Source of the DNA: a bacterium
GTDB lineage: Bacteria > UBA9089 > JASEGY01
DNA length: 64,000 bases
Assembly: GCA_040753085.1 (NCBI GenBank)
Contig: JBFMHI010000003.1
Location: 2,367-66,366 of the forward strand
Reading direction: 5' to 3'
Shown: one piece after another, positions 1 to 10,297 of the stretch
How the letters are laid out: every line of letters begins with the position of its first letter
Numbering within the stretch: the first letter of the stretch is position 1
The notes under the pieces: generated by a model
Seen by the model: the letters and a program-made list of their open reading frames with translations, nothing else
Database searches by the model: none
Told to the model about the DNA's origin: nothing
Made by a program: the position numbers and the translations under genes

Positions 1-3000
1 ACGGTGCCGCTGGGGTTAGCCCCATCAAGAACTTTAAACCTGATCCTGGCAATGGGATAATCAGAGTATGTTCTGCCTATGGGGACACCATAGGTGGGCA
101 TTCCACCAGAACTTTTATCTTCCTCTTGAACCACGGAGATAGAGACCTTCTGGGCCTCTTCATCAACCACCCAGTGAAAGATGGGATGGAATACCGTGGT
201 ATCTCCTGACGCATTAACGGTGGGTGAATCAAGCAGATCGCCCAGTTCCACCGAGACCACATCTAAGATGCTCGACTGGGTATAATCGACGTCAAAGGCA
301 ATACCATAAAGAATCTGGGTATCAGCCGCATCAACTACTTCGGGAGTAGGGATGCCGGCCATGCCATCTAAGTAGACATAGAAATCGGCATAGCCACCTG
401 GGGTGGTAGTGATGGATTGACAGGATCTTACATCAGCCAGATCACCGGGCACCACATCAGACAGAAAAAGGGTTCCGCTATCATTGATAGCCCCCGTATC
501 TATCACCGTAACCTGAATGGTATCCAGCCGGCTGAGATTGATGCCGTCATAAACCTGGAGCCCGAAGACATAATCTCCCGTATCCTGGTTGGTAGCAGAG
601 GCGTCGGTAGTCGGAGCCATAAAGCGGAGCTTCTGGGAATAGGTGTCAGAGGTGCCTTCGGCCGGGCTGTAGTCTTCGGCTGCCTGGGCCAGGGTATCTA
701 AGATATAGCCATTACCACTGTTAGCGGTTGACGGCTGGCTGACTATACTCCAGCGATAGGAGAGTCGATCGGAGTTGGGATCGTTAGAGCCGGCCCCATC
801 GAGGACCACATACTGGCCCATATAGACATATTTTATTTCCTGGGTCTTGTTGTCGTCTATGTCAGCCGTGGGCGGAGTATTGAAATTGGCCAGGCGATTA
901 GCTGTACCGCCGTTTCCAAGCCAGGCGGGCGTCCAACTGCCTGCCGTGCCGTTCCAATAGGCAATGTAGTCAGTGACCGTATCGCCGCGATCATAGAAGC
1001 CGGTGGTAGCTCCAGTCAGGCCGTTTTCAAAACCGTCGGCATTAGAGGGATCATAGGGGCCGTCTTTGCCATAGCCGGTGCCGGACTTGGAGATACCCCA
1101 CCAGTTATTCCTGGCCGAGATAACCGTGGTTTGAGTCGGGTCCTCTTTTTCCATGCCGTAATCACAATTGTCCCAGATAGCACACTGGCTCACGGACACG
1201 GTGGCCGCTTCATAGCCGGCGCCAATAAAGACACCGGTGTTATTCCGGGTGATGTAGCTGTCTGTAACGGTGACGGTAGCGTCAGCCGCGGCAATATTTA
1301 TACCGTTATCAGCATATTTGATGGTGGCATCGGGAATATTTCCGGTAGAGCCGGCGGCAAACTTGATGCCTTTCCAGTCACCGCAGGCACCATCAGAGAA
1401 TCCGTTGGCATTGGAATCCCGGCCGTCGGTCACGTCGTCATTAAAGGAAGTAAACAGGACAGTATTCCCCAGCCAATCACTCTGGCTGACCACTTTGGCT
1501 CCGCCGGTGGTGAGGGTTCCGTTTACCACCAGGGTAAGGTCATCCCCGGCCTTGAGAACTTGACCCGGCCTAATAGTCAGAGTGATACCGGTGGCTATGG
1601 TCAGATCATCTTTATCAAAGATATAGGGAACCGCTGTTCCATCCATAACGGTATCTATGGTGATGGTCGAATTCAGGTGGACGCCGTCGTGGGTATTGGT
1701 CAAATACCCCTCGATCTCCGTAGACTTATTGTAGATATTATTCCTGATGGTCCACCCGCCGATACCGTCGTTTACGCTGTCGGCTCCCACAAATCCGGCC
1801 AGTTCAATCGGCCAGTATTCATCATAAATCCAGTTGCCCGTAATGGTTTCCCCTCTGGAGTTGGAATAGATACCGCCATTTATCCCGTATTCATAATAGT
1901 CTACCCCGCCGGAACCGTTTTCAAAAGCCGCCCCTGAGATATAGGCCTCATCCGGGAATCCGGCCTTGAAGGCGCGACTGTCGTCATCATCATCAGTGGT
2001 GGTAGCACTTCCAGTACAATCCCAGTAAAAACGGGTCAGGGCATCATGTTCGCTGTCTACGTAGACCAGGGGGCCTTGCTCAGTGTATACCGTGGCCCGA
2101 AGGGAATCAGGCACAGGGGCCGTGTGAGAATGGGCGGTGCTGGTGTAATTTCCGTTCTGATAAATAGTACATCCGGTAACCGTTAAGACAGTGGCGTTAC
2201 CATTCTGGGTGGAGTCACCCATGTTCTTGATACCCCAATCCCAGTTGCCGTAAATATTGCAGTCGGTTACATTGACTGTCCCGGCCGAGGTGGCGATTCT
2301 GACACCATCCAGCCGGTTATATCGGGCCGTGGAATCATCCAGGGTGAAGGTCCCGTCAGGGATAACTCCCTTTACCAGAATACCAGAGCCAAAGCTATAC
2401 TGCAAGGTAACATTATTGATGGTCGGCTCAGCCGAGTCAACCACGATCATACCGGTGGCCAACTCATCCAGGTTGCCGATCTCGGTTTCGCCAATGGCAT
2501 CGGCGTCGTCACCGTAAAGTCCACCATACTCGAGGGTGGCATAACGGATGGTTCCAGCCGAACCGGCTCCAAAGTAAATAGAGTTCCAGTCTCCCCGATC
2601 CGGGAGGGCCGTGCTCTGTCCCTTAGAGGTAAAGGTGATCTTCTTAGTAGCTGTTCCAGCCGCGGTCAGGGTTGCCCCAGACCTAACGGTAATGCCGAGC
2701 TGATAGGCCAATCTGGATTTATTATCCGGCACAAAGACCACTGTAACACCAGGCTTAATGGTCAGGGTATTACCTGAAGCAATCTCAACACCACCCTCAA
2801 CGATGTAAGGGCTGCCATTTTCTTCCCAGGTAGCAGGAACACTGTGCTCCAGGCTGCCGGCGCCAACTACTCCATCCTGCACGTGGTAGCTGGGGGCATT
2901 GGGATACTGGTCATCCCAGACCCGGTTAACATAGGTGCCGCTCGTGACCACAATGGCCTGTTTACCTGCGGTGTAACCCAGGCTGGGGTCTTCATCGGCC

Positions 3001-3374
3001 GTAATCTTGGTGGCCAGTCCAGCCGCTGCGTCCCGGTAGTAAAAGGTGGCTGAATTCTGACCGGCCTTGATAGTCACTGAGGTGATGGCCTTAAAGGTAT
3101 CCTTCGTCCCGTAAAGGGAGAACTCGGCCACGCCGGTTGAATTGGAAGTAAGCTTAATTGTCAGGTCGGCTGCAGCCGCCTCTGCTTTACCGTAACTGTT
3201 CTGAAGCTGGATGGTGATTGGGCCGGAAATCATATTGGCTGCTACGGCCTGCATATCGCTGGTAAATACAATCTTCGATACGGCCGCTTTAGCCACGCCG
3301 GCACCAACCGCCAACATAAAAACTGTTAGAAGAACGATTAATTCGCTTCCCCATTTGTTCTTCACTCTTTTCAT
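1..3374 (-). CDS. giant secreted beta-helix surface protein, paralog of 4518..9674; only the N-terminal ~1124 codons are in the window (C-terminus lies upstream of position 1)
   Basis: rc ATG at 3372-3374 preceded by AGGAGG; N-term MKRVKNKWGSELIVLLTVFMLAVGAG signal peptide; frame stays open to position 1 where it encodes GRTYSDYPIARIRFKVLDGANPSG, matching GRTYADYPIARVRFKVLEGAKPSG of the 4518..9674 protein; same ITFTS..GDW..I.F beta-helix block endings. Confidence 0.8.
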   Translation of the reverse strand, partial: MKRVKNKWGSELIVLLTVFMLAVGAGVAKAAVSKIVFTSDMQAVAANMISGPITIQLQNSYGKAEAAAADLTIKLTSNSTGVAEFSLYGTKDTFKAITSVTIKAGQNSATFYYRDAAAGLATKITADEDPSLGYTAGKQAIVVTSGTYVNRVWDDQYPNAPSYHVQDGVVGAGSLEHSVPATWEENGSPYIVEGGVEIASGNTLTIKPGVTVVFVPDNKSRLAYQLGITVRSGATLTAAGTATKKITFTSKGQSTALPDRGDWNSIYFGAGSAGTIRYATLEYGGLYGDDADAIGETEIGNLDELATGMIVVDSAEPTINNVTLQYSFGSGILVKGVIPDGTFTLDDSTARYNRLDGVRIATSAGTVNVTDCNIYGNWDWGIKNMGDSTQNGNATVLTVTGCTIYQNGNYTSTAHSHTAPVPDSLRATVYTEQGPLVYVDSEHDALTRFYWDCTGSATTTDDDDDSRAFKAGFPDEAYISGAAFENGSGGVDYYEYGINGGIYSNSRGETITGNWIYDEYWPIELAGFVGADSVNDGIGGWTIRNNIYNKSTEIEGYLTNTHDGVHLNSTITIDTVMDGTAVPYIFDKDDLTIATGITLTIRPGQVLKAGDDLTLVVNGTLTTGGAKVVSQSDWLGNTVLFTSFNDDVTDGRDSNANGFSDGACGDWKGIKFAAGSTGNIPDATIKYADNGINIAAADATVTVTDSYITRNNTGVFIGAGYEAATVSVSQCAIWDNCDYGMEKEDPTQTTVISARNNWWGISKSGTGYGKDGPYDPSNADGFENGLTGATTGFYDRGDTVTDYIAYWNGTAGSWTPAWLGNGGTANRLANFNTPPTADIDDNKTQEIKYVYMGQYVVLDGAGSNDPNSDRLSYRWSIVSQPSTANSGNGYILDTLAQAAEDYSPAEGTSDTYSQKLRFMAPTTDASATNQDTGDYVFGLQVYDGINLSRLDTIQVTVIDTGAINDSGTLFLSDVVPGDLADVRSCQSITTTPGGYADFYVYLDGMAGIPTPEVVDAADTQILYGIAFDVDYTQSSILDVVSVELGDLLDSPTVNASGDTTVFHPIFHWVVDEEAQKVSISVVQEEDKSSGGMPTYGVPIGRTYSDYPIARIRFKVLDGANPSGT

Positions 3375-3797
3375 AAGAAATAAACCTCCTTTTTGATTTT
3401 TTCGTCTTGTCCTCATCTTTATCTTTACTGGATGGGGGCTGACGAAATTCCCCTCCTCCCTGTTTTTTGATGGCCTATTTTATTATGTTATAAATGCGGT
3501 GCAGATCGGCTGGATAATGAACTTAGTCGCCGGCTTTGAGACTGCGTATAACGTATAAGATAATAGACCACTGTGATTTTACAGTTAGCAGCAGTCGCCG
3601 CTGCTCTCTAAATTACCCCTCCTTTCTTGAAAAAATCAAATACCCCACTTTGGTCAGGAAGATAGAGAAGATAGAGTGGGTATTTACCCCTTGGCCTTTT
3701 AGTCGCTAGGTGCTTTGTTTATCCGGAGAGGGATGGCGGCCTGCCCTCTCCTGGTAAGGGAGCTTGGAATTCAACCTCCTCTAATACAATTATTAAG

Positions 3798-3962
3798 GTA
3801 ACTATTCAGCTACGGATGGACACGGATGAAACACTGATGGGCAACCACAGAGGGTTGCCCCTACTTGTGTTGGGCAACCACAAGGGGTTGATGGGCAACC
3901 ACAAGGGTTGCCCCTACTATTTATCCGTGCTAATCCGTGTTAATCCGTGGCTGAATAATTAC
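3798..3962. promoter_or_regulatory. inverted-repeat-flanked module: ~30-bp imperfect IRs (ctattcagctacggatggacacggatgaaacac / gtgctaatccgtgttaatccgtggctgaataat) built of ACGGAT/ATCCGT hexamers at ~10-bp spacing, enclosing three tandem copies of the palindrome GGGCAACCACA(G/A)GGGTTGCCC
   Basis: read directly in sequence; lies between start of gene at 3374 and stop of gene at 4518. Confidence 0.6.
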
Positions 3963-4276
3963 ATTGATAATTAAAAAGGCTTATCACCTTTCCAGGATAC
4001 ACCCTCCACCTGGTGATGATAAGCCTTCTTTTTTCTGTCTTAGGTGGAAGGCGCATTCTGGATTAAATGCGAAATTCAAGCTTGTTTTTATCTTGGAGAT
4101 GCAACTTCAAAGGTAATTATGGCGCAACTTCTACTGATGAACTATGTTACATAATGTATTACGGTACGGTGGTGATAAGGCACACCTTTCCACTTGTTCA
4201 CTACACTTTGTTTATCTTATCGACCATATATTAAATAAACTTTAGAGGTTTTTCGATCTGTGGGGTTAAACTTCTT

Positions 4277-4373
4277 GTAACCGTTCAGCCACCAAGGCAC
4301 GAAGACACGAAGGGGAAATTATTGATGAATTTTGTGTCTTCGTGTCTTTGTGGCTGAACACTTACAACTTCTT
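4277..4373. repeat. MITE-like hairpin element, family TTTGTAACCGTTCAGCCAC: arms gttcagccaccaaggcacgaagacacgaag / cttcgtgtctttgtggctgaac around a ~25-nt loop
   Basis: arms are reverse complements; related copies at 10116, 20277, 43586, 47829. Confidence 0.7.
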
Positions 4374-4417
4374 TTTTTGGGGGGGGGCGATAAAGAGGCT
4401 ATAATGCTGGGGAAGAA

Positions 4418-4486
4418 AGAAACCAGGTTTCTTGAAGAAACCTGGTTTCTGTTTAACACCACCTCCGGCAGGTTTCAAACCTGCCG
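4418..4486. repeat. perfect 13-bp-stem palindrome gaaaccaggtttc-ttgaa-gaaacctggtttc followed by second hairpin ccggcaggtttcaaacctgccg; identical first palindrome recurs at 63901..63933
   Basis: exact sequence identity of 33 nt at two loci 59 kb apart; no clear U-tract so not called a terminator. Confidence 0.7.
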
Positions 4487-4517
4487 AAGGTTTAGAAGTC
4501 TCATACAGGATAGCCGC

Positions 4518-7500
4518 TTACTTCAATACGACCATCCTCCGGGTCGAAGTCACATCTCCGGCTATTAACTGGTAGAGATAAACTCCGGAGGCCACTTCAT
4601 GGCCATTGGAGTCTTTTCCATCCCAGTAAGCCGCCCGGCTCTTGCTGGTGTAGGTCCCGGCCTCAAGTTTGCCCAGGTCAAGGGTCCTGACCAATTCGCC
4701 GGAAAGGGTATAAATCTTGATGGTTACATTGGTCTCTGCCAGGAGGGCGAAAGGTATCCAGACCTCAGGATTAAGCGGGTTAGGATAGCTCTGCCTCAGC
4801 GTAGTCTTGAGCGGAACCGTGGCGGCCAGTCCCAGGTTAATGGCTGTCTCTAAGAGGGACTTCATCTCTAAGACCTTCGTGGTCTGGGGGCCGGCCTCCA
4901 GGGCAGCCAATACGGCCTTGTAGCCTTCCAGATAGAGGGAATGATCCACGCCGACCAGGCCAGCCATTGCCGGGGCAGGATAGACCCCATCGATGTGGGT
5001 ATGGGTTTTGCCCCAGTTGAGACCAACGATGAGGACATCGGCTGCCTCAACCTTACCGTTGCCATCAGCATCAGCATAAGTGGCGCTTCTGGCGGCAGTG
5101 CCGGCCTCTCCCCACCAGATTACCCGGCCGAGCTTGGCCTGGTCTTCCCAGTCAATCTTAATGGGATAGCGGGCTGGGCCGCTTGTCCCCCAGTATTGAC
5201 CGATAGGCAGGATATCGGCCGCATCAACATCGCCGTCATTGTCTGTATCACCCGGCCAGAGCGATTCAACCTCGGCCGAACAGAAATTGCCCTGAAGCTC
5301 GACCGTATCAGAGCCTGCATTGCCGGCTACATCGGTCAGGAAGGTATAAAATTTATCAGGCTTGGCATAATTCATTACAATAGTGTCGCCTACCGTCACC
5401 TCGGTAGTGGCCTCATCGATCCAGATCTTCAGGACCGCATCACCAATCCATTCGGTCTCGACCTGGCCCCAATTATGTCTGACCCCAAAGGCCGGAGTAT
5501 TATGATCAAATACGGCCAGGGCCGTCTCGATATTGATATTGGTTATGCTGGGGGAATATGTCCCAATTTCCTTCAGATTGAGCATTGGTTCGTTGAAACG
5601 GATGAGCACGTAGTCCTGTTTGCCGGCGCCTTTATCTTCGCCCCGGCTGCCGTATCCGGTGATCTGACTGGCATCTGGATCCTCGGCGGGGCTTCTAAGT
5701 AGACAACTGTTTGATCCATCGTAGGCCACGGCTTCAATAATATAAGGCGGCAGGCAGTCATACTGACCAAAGGAGCCGGTGATCTGCCGGGGGACACAGA
5801 AGGCCAGGGAATCACCCATTGAACTGACAAAGCCTTGAGTTATGGTCTGATCAGCCGGCCGTGCCCAATCACCGACCCTGGGGATATCATTCTGAGGGTG
5901 GCCGGAAAAGACCGCCACGAATTCGGTGTTAGATAGCCAATAACCGGTATCAATGGTTTCCCAGGGGTGAGTTGTGCCGTTTCCATCTTTATCGGTGTTA
6001 AGCGGGAGGCTGGCATTTAGAGCCGCGGTGAGGGTAGCGCTCGTCCAGGTAAGATCAGCCATGCCAGAGATACGGCTGTCCATAGCGGTGTTAAAGGTAA
6101 TCTTCACTGAATCACCGCTCTGCTGTCCGTCGCAATTATCCTGATCAGGCGTGGCCACAATGCTCGTGAGGCAGGGGATGGGTCTCAACCTGATCTCGCC
6201 TGCTGGCGAGTTAGGATCAAAACCAATAGGGGTATTAGTCTCGGTATATCTGGTAATGGCCGGTTTAGTCCCGGCAGGTTTAGGCCCATCAGAGAGACTA
6301 CAACTGATGTTACTGAAGGTCAGCCGGCTGACCACCACCCCGCTTGGCTTGGCGCCTTCCAGGACCTTAAACCTGACCCTGGCTATGGGATAATCAGCGT
6401 AGGTTCTACCTGTCGGGACGCCATACACATAGAGGCCATTGGCGCTTCTATCTGCCTCTTGAGTCACCGAGATAGAAACCTTCTGGGACTTTTCATCCAC
6501 CACCCAGTGAAGGATGGGGTGGATTATGCCGACCGCGGTAGGTGAATCGAGCAGATCGCCCAATTCCACCGAGACCACATCCACGAGGCTGGACTGGGTA
6601 TAATCGATGTCAAAGGCAATACCAAAAAGGATTTCAGTGTCAGCGGCCTCAACTATCGCGGGGGTATCACCGCTTTCGAGGCCGTCTAAGTAGACATAGA
6701 AGTCAGCATAACCACCCGGGGTGGTGGTGATGACCTGGTTGGTTCTGGCGTCAGCCACCCGATTGCTGGGCACATCATCAGACAGATAAAGGGTCCCCCA
6801 CGTGTTGATCGAGCCGGTATCTTGGAGGACAACCTGAATGGTGTCCATCCGGCTGATATTGATGCCGTCATAGACCTGCAGGCCAAAGGTATAAGTTCCA
6901 ATATCAGAGGCGGCGGTTGGGGCGATAAAGCGCAGCTTCTGGGAGTAAGCATCCGAGGTCCCCTCAGGACAGCAATAATCCTCGGCTGCCTGGGTTAAGG
7001 CGTCTAAGGCATAACAGCTTCCAAAGTTAGCTGCAGCCGGCTGGCTGATCAGGCTCCAGCGATAGCAGAGTCGATCAGAGTTGGGGTCGCTGGAACCGGC
7101 GCCGTCGAGGACCACATATTGTCCCAGATAAACATATTTTATTTCCTGAGTCTTGTTGTCGTCTATGTCAGCCGTGGGCGGGGTGTTAATATTGGCCAGG
7201 GCATTAGCTGTGCCGCCGTTTCCAAGCCAGGCGGGAGTCCAATTGCCAGCCGTGCCGCCCACGTTCCAGTAGGCGATGTAGTCACTGACTGTATCGCCGC
7301 GATCATAAAAGCCGGTAGTCGCTCCGGTTTTACCGTTTTCAAAACCGTCGGCATTAGAGGGATCATAGGGGCCGTCTTTGCCATAGCCGGTGCCGGACTT
7401 GGAGACACCCCACCAGTTATCCCTGGCTGGAATAACCGTGGTTTCAGTGGGGTCATCTTTTTCCATGCCGTAATCACAATTGTCCCAGATGGCACACTGG

Positions 7501-9674
7501 CTTACTGACACGGGAGCCGCCTCACAACCCTTGCCAATAAGGACACCGGTGTTATTCCGGGTGATGTAGCTGTCTGTAAGGGTGACGGTAGCATTAGCCG
7601 CGGCAATATCTATCCCATTATCAGCATATTTAATGGTTGCATCCGCAAGGGTTCCGGTAGAACCGGCTTTAAAGACGATTCCCTTCCAATTGCCACAGGA
7701 ACCATCAGTGAATCCGTCGGCATTGGAATCCCGGCCGTCGGTCACGTCGTCCTGGTAGGAGGTGAAGAGGACGGTATTGCCTGGCCAATCACTTCTCTTG
7801 ACTACCTTGGCTCCCCCAGTGATGAGGGTTCCGTTCACAATCAAGGAGAGGTTGCCCCCGGCCTTGATAACCTGCCCCGGTTTGATAGTCAGGGTGACAC
7901 CAGTGGCTACGGTCAGGTCATTACTATCAAAGATATAGGGAACCGTTGTCCCGGTCATAGTTGTATTTAAGGTGATGGTCGAATTCAGTCGGACACCGTC
8001 GTGGGTGTTGGTCAAATACCCCTCGGTCTCAGTAGACTTATGGTAGGTATTACCGCTGATGGTCCATCCGCCGATCCCATCGTCTCTTCCATCGGCCCCC
8101 ACAAAGCCGGACAGCTCGATAGGCCAGTGCTCATCGTAGATATAGTTATCGTGGATATTCTCCTGCTTGGAGTTGGAATAGATGCCGCCGTCTAAACCGT
8201 AGGTATAATAATCTACACCGCTGGAACCGTTTTCAAACCTTTGGGCGGCGGGATAGGCCTCATCCGGAAATCCACAGTTGGTGTAAATATCATCTACCGT
8301 CCCGTTGTTATCCCAGTCAAAACGGACCCGGGCATCATGGTAAGTGTCTTCATAGGTTAATGTCCCTTGCTCATCGTATACGGTGGCCTTAAGGGAATCA
8401 GGGACAGAAGAACAAATATGAGCATGGGCCTTACTGGAGTAATCACCGTTTTGATAAATAGTGCATCCGGCGACCTCTAAGAGAGTGGCATTGTCATTCT
8501 GGCTGGCATCACCGACGTTCTTGATGCCCCAATCCCAGTTGCCATAGATCTCACAGTCGGTTACCTTGACTGCCCCGGCCGAGGTAGCGATCCGGACACC
8601 ATCCAGCCGATTATAGCGGACAATTGATTTATCCAGGATGAAGGTTTTGCCGGCGCCGGGGATAACTCCCTTTACCAGGATACCGAAGCCAAAGCTGTAC
8701 TGCAAAGTAACATTATCAATGACCGGCTCAGAGGAATCAACCACGATCATACCAATAGCCAGGTCATCCAGAGCAGATATTTCGGTTTCACCCAGGGCAT
8801 CGGCATCGTCGCCGTATAGTCCGCCATACTCGAGGGTGGCATAGCGGATGGTCCCGCCAGAACCAGGCTCAAAAAGGATAGACCGCCAGTCTCCGCGATC
8901 AGGTATGGCCGTGCTCTGGCCCTTAGAGGTAAAGGTGATCTTCTTGGTAGCTGTTCCGGCGGCGGTGAGGGTTGCCCCGGACTTAACGGTAATGCCGAGT
9001 TGATAGGCCAGTCTGGATTTATTATCCGGCACAAAGACCACTGTAACACCAGGCTTAATGGTCAGGGTATTGCCTGAAGCAATTTCAATTCCACCCTCCA
9101 CGATGTAAGGGCTGCCCTTTTCTTCCCAGGTAGCAAGAACACTGTGCCCCAGAGTGTCGGCGCCAACTACTCCATCCTGCATGTGGTAGCTGGGGGCATT
9201 AGGATACTGATCATCCCAGACCCGGTTAACATAGGTCCCCTTAGTGACCACAATGGCTTGGGTGCCGGCGGTGTAACCGAGGTCAGGGGTTTCATCGGCC
9301 GTAATTTGGATGGCCATCCCGGCGGTTGCATCACGGTAGTAAAAGGTGGCTGAATTCTGGCCGACACCGATGGTCACCGAGGTCACGGCCTTAAAGCCTT
9401 CGGCTGTCTCGTCAATGGAAAACTCCGCCTTTCCAGTCGAGTTGGAAGCCAGGTTAATGGTCACCGGAGCCGCCGCCGCTTCCGGCTCACCATACTTGTT
9501 CTGAAGCTGGATAGTAATCGGGCCGGAAATCATATTGGTTGACACGGCTTGCATGTCACTGGTAAAGACGATCTTAGAGATAGCCGCCTCCGCTGCTTCG
9601 GTCCCGATGGCCAACGTAAACACTGGGAGAAGAGCCATTAATACGCTTCCCCATCTTTTCTTCGTTTCCTTCAT
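4518..9674 (-). CDS. giant secreted surface protein (1718 aa): N-terminal signal peptide, right-handed parallel beta-helix (PbH1) blocks, two dockerin-like Ca-binding repeats, C-terminal T9SS sorting domain
   Basis: ATG with AGGAGG RBS; MKETKKRWGSVLMALLPVFTLAIGTEAAEA; dockerin-like LWPGDTDNDGDVDAADILPIGQYWG and YADADGNGKVEAADVLIVGLNWG; C-term SYPNPLNPEVWIPF...GVYLYQL...RRMVVLK fits TIGR04183 Por_Secre_tail. Confidence 0.9.
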   Translation of the reverse strand: MKETKKRWGSVLMALLPVFTLAIGTEAAEAAISKIVFTSDMQAVSTNMISGPITIQLQNKYGEPEAAAAPVTINLASNSTGKAEFSIDETAEGFKAVTSVTIGVGQNSATFYYRDATAGMAIQITADETPDLGYTAGTQAIVVTKGTYVNRVWDDQYPNAPSYHMQDGVVGADTLGHSVLATWEEKGSPYIVEGGIEIASGNTLTIKPGVTVVFVPDNKSRLAYQLGITVKSGATLTAAGTATKKITFTSKGQSTAIPDRGDWRSILFEPGSGGTIRYATLEYGGLYGDDADALGETEISALDDLAIGMIVVDSSEPVIDNVTLQYSFGFGILVKGVIPGAGKTFILDKSIVRYNRLDGVRIATSAGAVKVTDCEIYGNWDWGIKNVGDASQNDNATLLEVAGCTIYQNGDYSSKAHAHICSSVPDSLKATVYDEQGTLTYEDTYHDARVRFDWDNNGTVDDIYTNCGFPDEAYPAAQRFENGSSGVDYYTYGLDGGIYSNSKQENIHDNYIYDEHWPIELSGFVGADGRDDGIGGWTISGNTYHKSTETEGYLTNTHDGVRLNSTITLNTTMTGTTVPYIFDSNDLTVATGVTLTIKPGQVIKAGGNLSLIVNGTLITGGAKVVKRSDWPGNTVLFTSYQDDVTDGRDSNADGFTDGSCGNWKGIVFKAGSTGTLADATIKYADNGIDIAAANATVTLTDSYITRNNTGVLIGKGCEAAPVSVSQCAIWDNCDYGMEKDDPTETTVIPARDNWWGVSKSGTGYGKDGPYDPSNADGFENGKTGATTGFYDRGDTVSDYIAYWNVGGTAGNWTPAWLGNGGTANALANINTPPTADIDDNKTQEIKYVYLGQYVVLDGAGSSDPNSDRLCYRWSLISQPAAANFGSCYALDALTQAAEDYCCPEGTSDAYSQKLRFIAPTAASDIGTYTFGLQVYDGINISRMDTIQVVLQDTGSINTWGTLYLSDDVPSNRVADARTNQVITTTPGGYADFYVYLDGLESGDTPAIVEAADTEILFGIAFDIDYTQSSLVDVVSVELGDLLDSPTAVGIIHPILHWVVDEKSQKVSISVTQEADRSANGLYVYGVPTGRTYADYPIARVRFKVLEGAKPSGVVVSRLTFSNISCSLSDGPKPAGTKPAITRYTETNTPIGFDPNSPAGEIRLRPIPCLTSIVATPDQDNCDGQQSGDSVKITFNTAMDSRISGMADLTWTSATLTAALNASLPLNTDKDGNGTTHPWETIDTGYWLSNTEFVAVFSGHPQNDIPRVGDWARPADQTITQGFVSSMGDSLAFCVPRQITGSFGQYDCLPPYIIEAVAYDGSNSCLLRSPAEDPDASQITGYGSRGEDKGAGKQDYVLIRFNEPMLNLKEIGTYSPSITNINIETALAVFDHNTPAFGVRHNWGQVETEWIGDAVLKIWIDEATTEVTVGDTIVMNYAKPDKFYTFLTDVAGNAGSDTVELQGNFCSAEVESLWPGDTDNDGDVDAADILPIGQYWGTSGPARYPIKIDWEDQAKLGRVIWWGEAGTAARSATYADADGNGKVEAADVLIVGLNWGKTHTHIDGVYPAPAMAGLVGVDHSLYLEGYKAVLAALEAGPQTTKVLEMKSLLETAINLGLAATVPLKTTLRQSYPNPLNPEVWIPFALLAETNVTIKIYTLSGELVRTLDLGKLEAGTYTSKSRAAYWDGKDSNGHEVASGVYLYQLIAGDVTSTRRMVVLK

Positions 9675-9810
9675 TTAAAAACCTCCTTGTTTGATTTTTC
9701 GTAACTATTCTTGCCGAATCCTCCCCTTCCCTTCCTGTTGGGGGAGATCATATCCAGTAATCGTTACGGCGGTATCATCTGCCTCATCTCTCTGGCCTCC
9801 TTTCTCTAAG

Positions 9811-10035
9811 GTAACCGTTCAGGTATAGCTGCACGGATTAGCACGGATAAATAACACAGGACAGAAGGCGGAAGTGTAGGGACAGGGCTTGTCCCTGTCC
9901 GTGCTTGTCCATGTCCGTTCCGTAGACGGACAACCACAAGGGTTGTCCCTACAGCCTAAGGACAGACCCTAATCACGGACACGGCTCACGGATTCTCCGT
10001 GTTTCATCTGTGTGCATCTGTGGCTGAACGGTTAC
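9811..10035. promoter_or_regulatory. module flanked by perfect 12-bp IR gtaaccgttcag/ctgaacggttac containing ACGGAT repeats at ~10-bp spacing and the palindrome GGACAACCACAAGGGTTGTCC (compensatory variant of GGGCAACCACAAGGGTTGCCC at 3841-3925)
   Basis: read directly; located between stop of gene 10298..20065 and start of gene 4518..9674. Confidence 0.6.
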
Positions 10036-10115
10036 TCTCTGAGAAATAACTGCCATAGGGTATCAGGTAATGGGTGATCACCGATTACCGATTACCTGAG
10101 TAGTTACTTCAAAAC

Positions 10116-10296
10116 GTAACCGTTCAGCCACAAAGCCACTAAGGCACGAAGAGAATAATGAAATAGCCCACGGATGACACAGATTTTGGCGAATTCTCAC
10201 GGATTTTTTCTAATAAATTTTTATCCGTGTCAATCCGTTTCATCCGTGCAATCCGTATGCTATTATTTGTAATCTTTGTGCCTTAGTAGCTGAACG
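10116..10296. repeat. MITE-like element of the GTAACCGTTCAGCCAC family whose arms (gttcagccacaaagccactaaggcacgaag / ctttgtgccttagtagctgaac) bracket an array of four ATCCGT direct repeats spaced 10-11 bp (ttATCCGTgtcaATCCGTttcATCCGTgcaATCCGTatgc); right arm ends 2 nt before the stop codon of the 3255-aa gene
   Basis: read directly. Confidence 0.65.
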
Positions 10297-10297
10297 C

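Noticed and set aside
417-3396. Plus-strand ORFs of the track inside 1..3374 (e.g. 1131..1937, 1270..1563, 2257..2517, 2844..3053)
   Set aside because: They are antisense to a continuous minus-strand reading frame whose product is clearly homologous to the 4518..9674 protein; low-complexity G/A/V/P-rich translations typical of antisense artefacts
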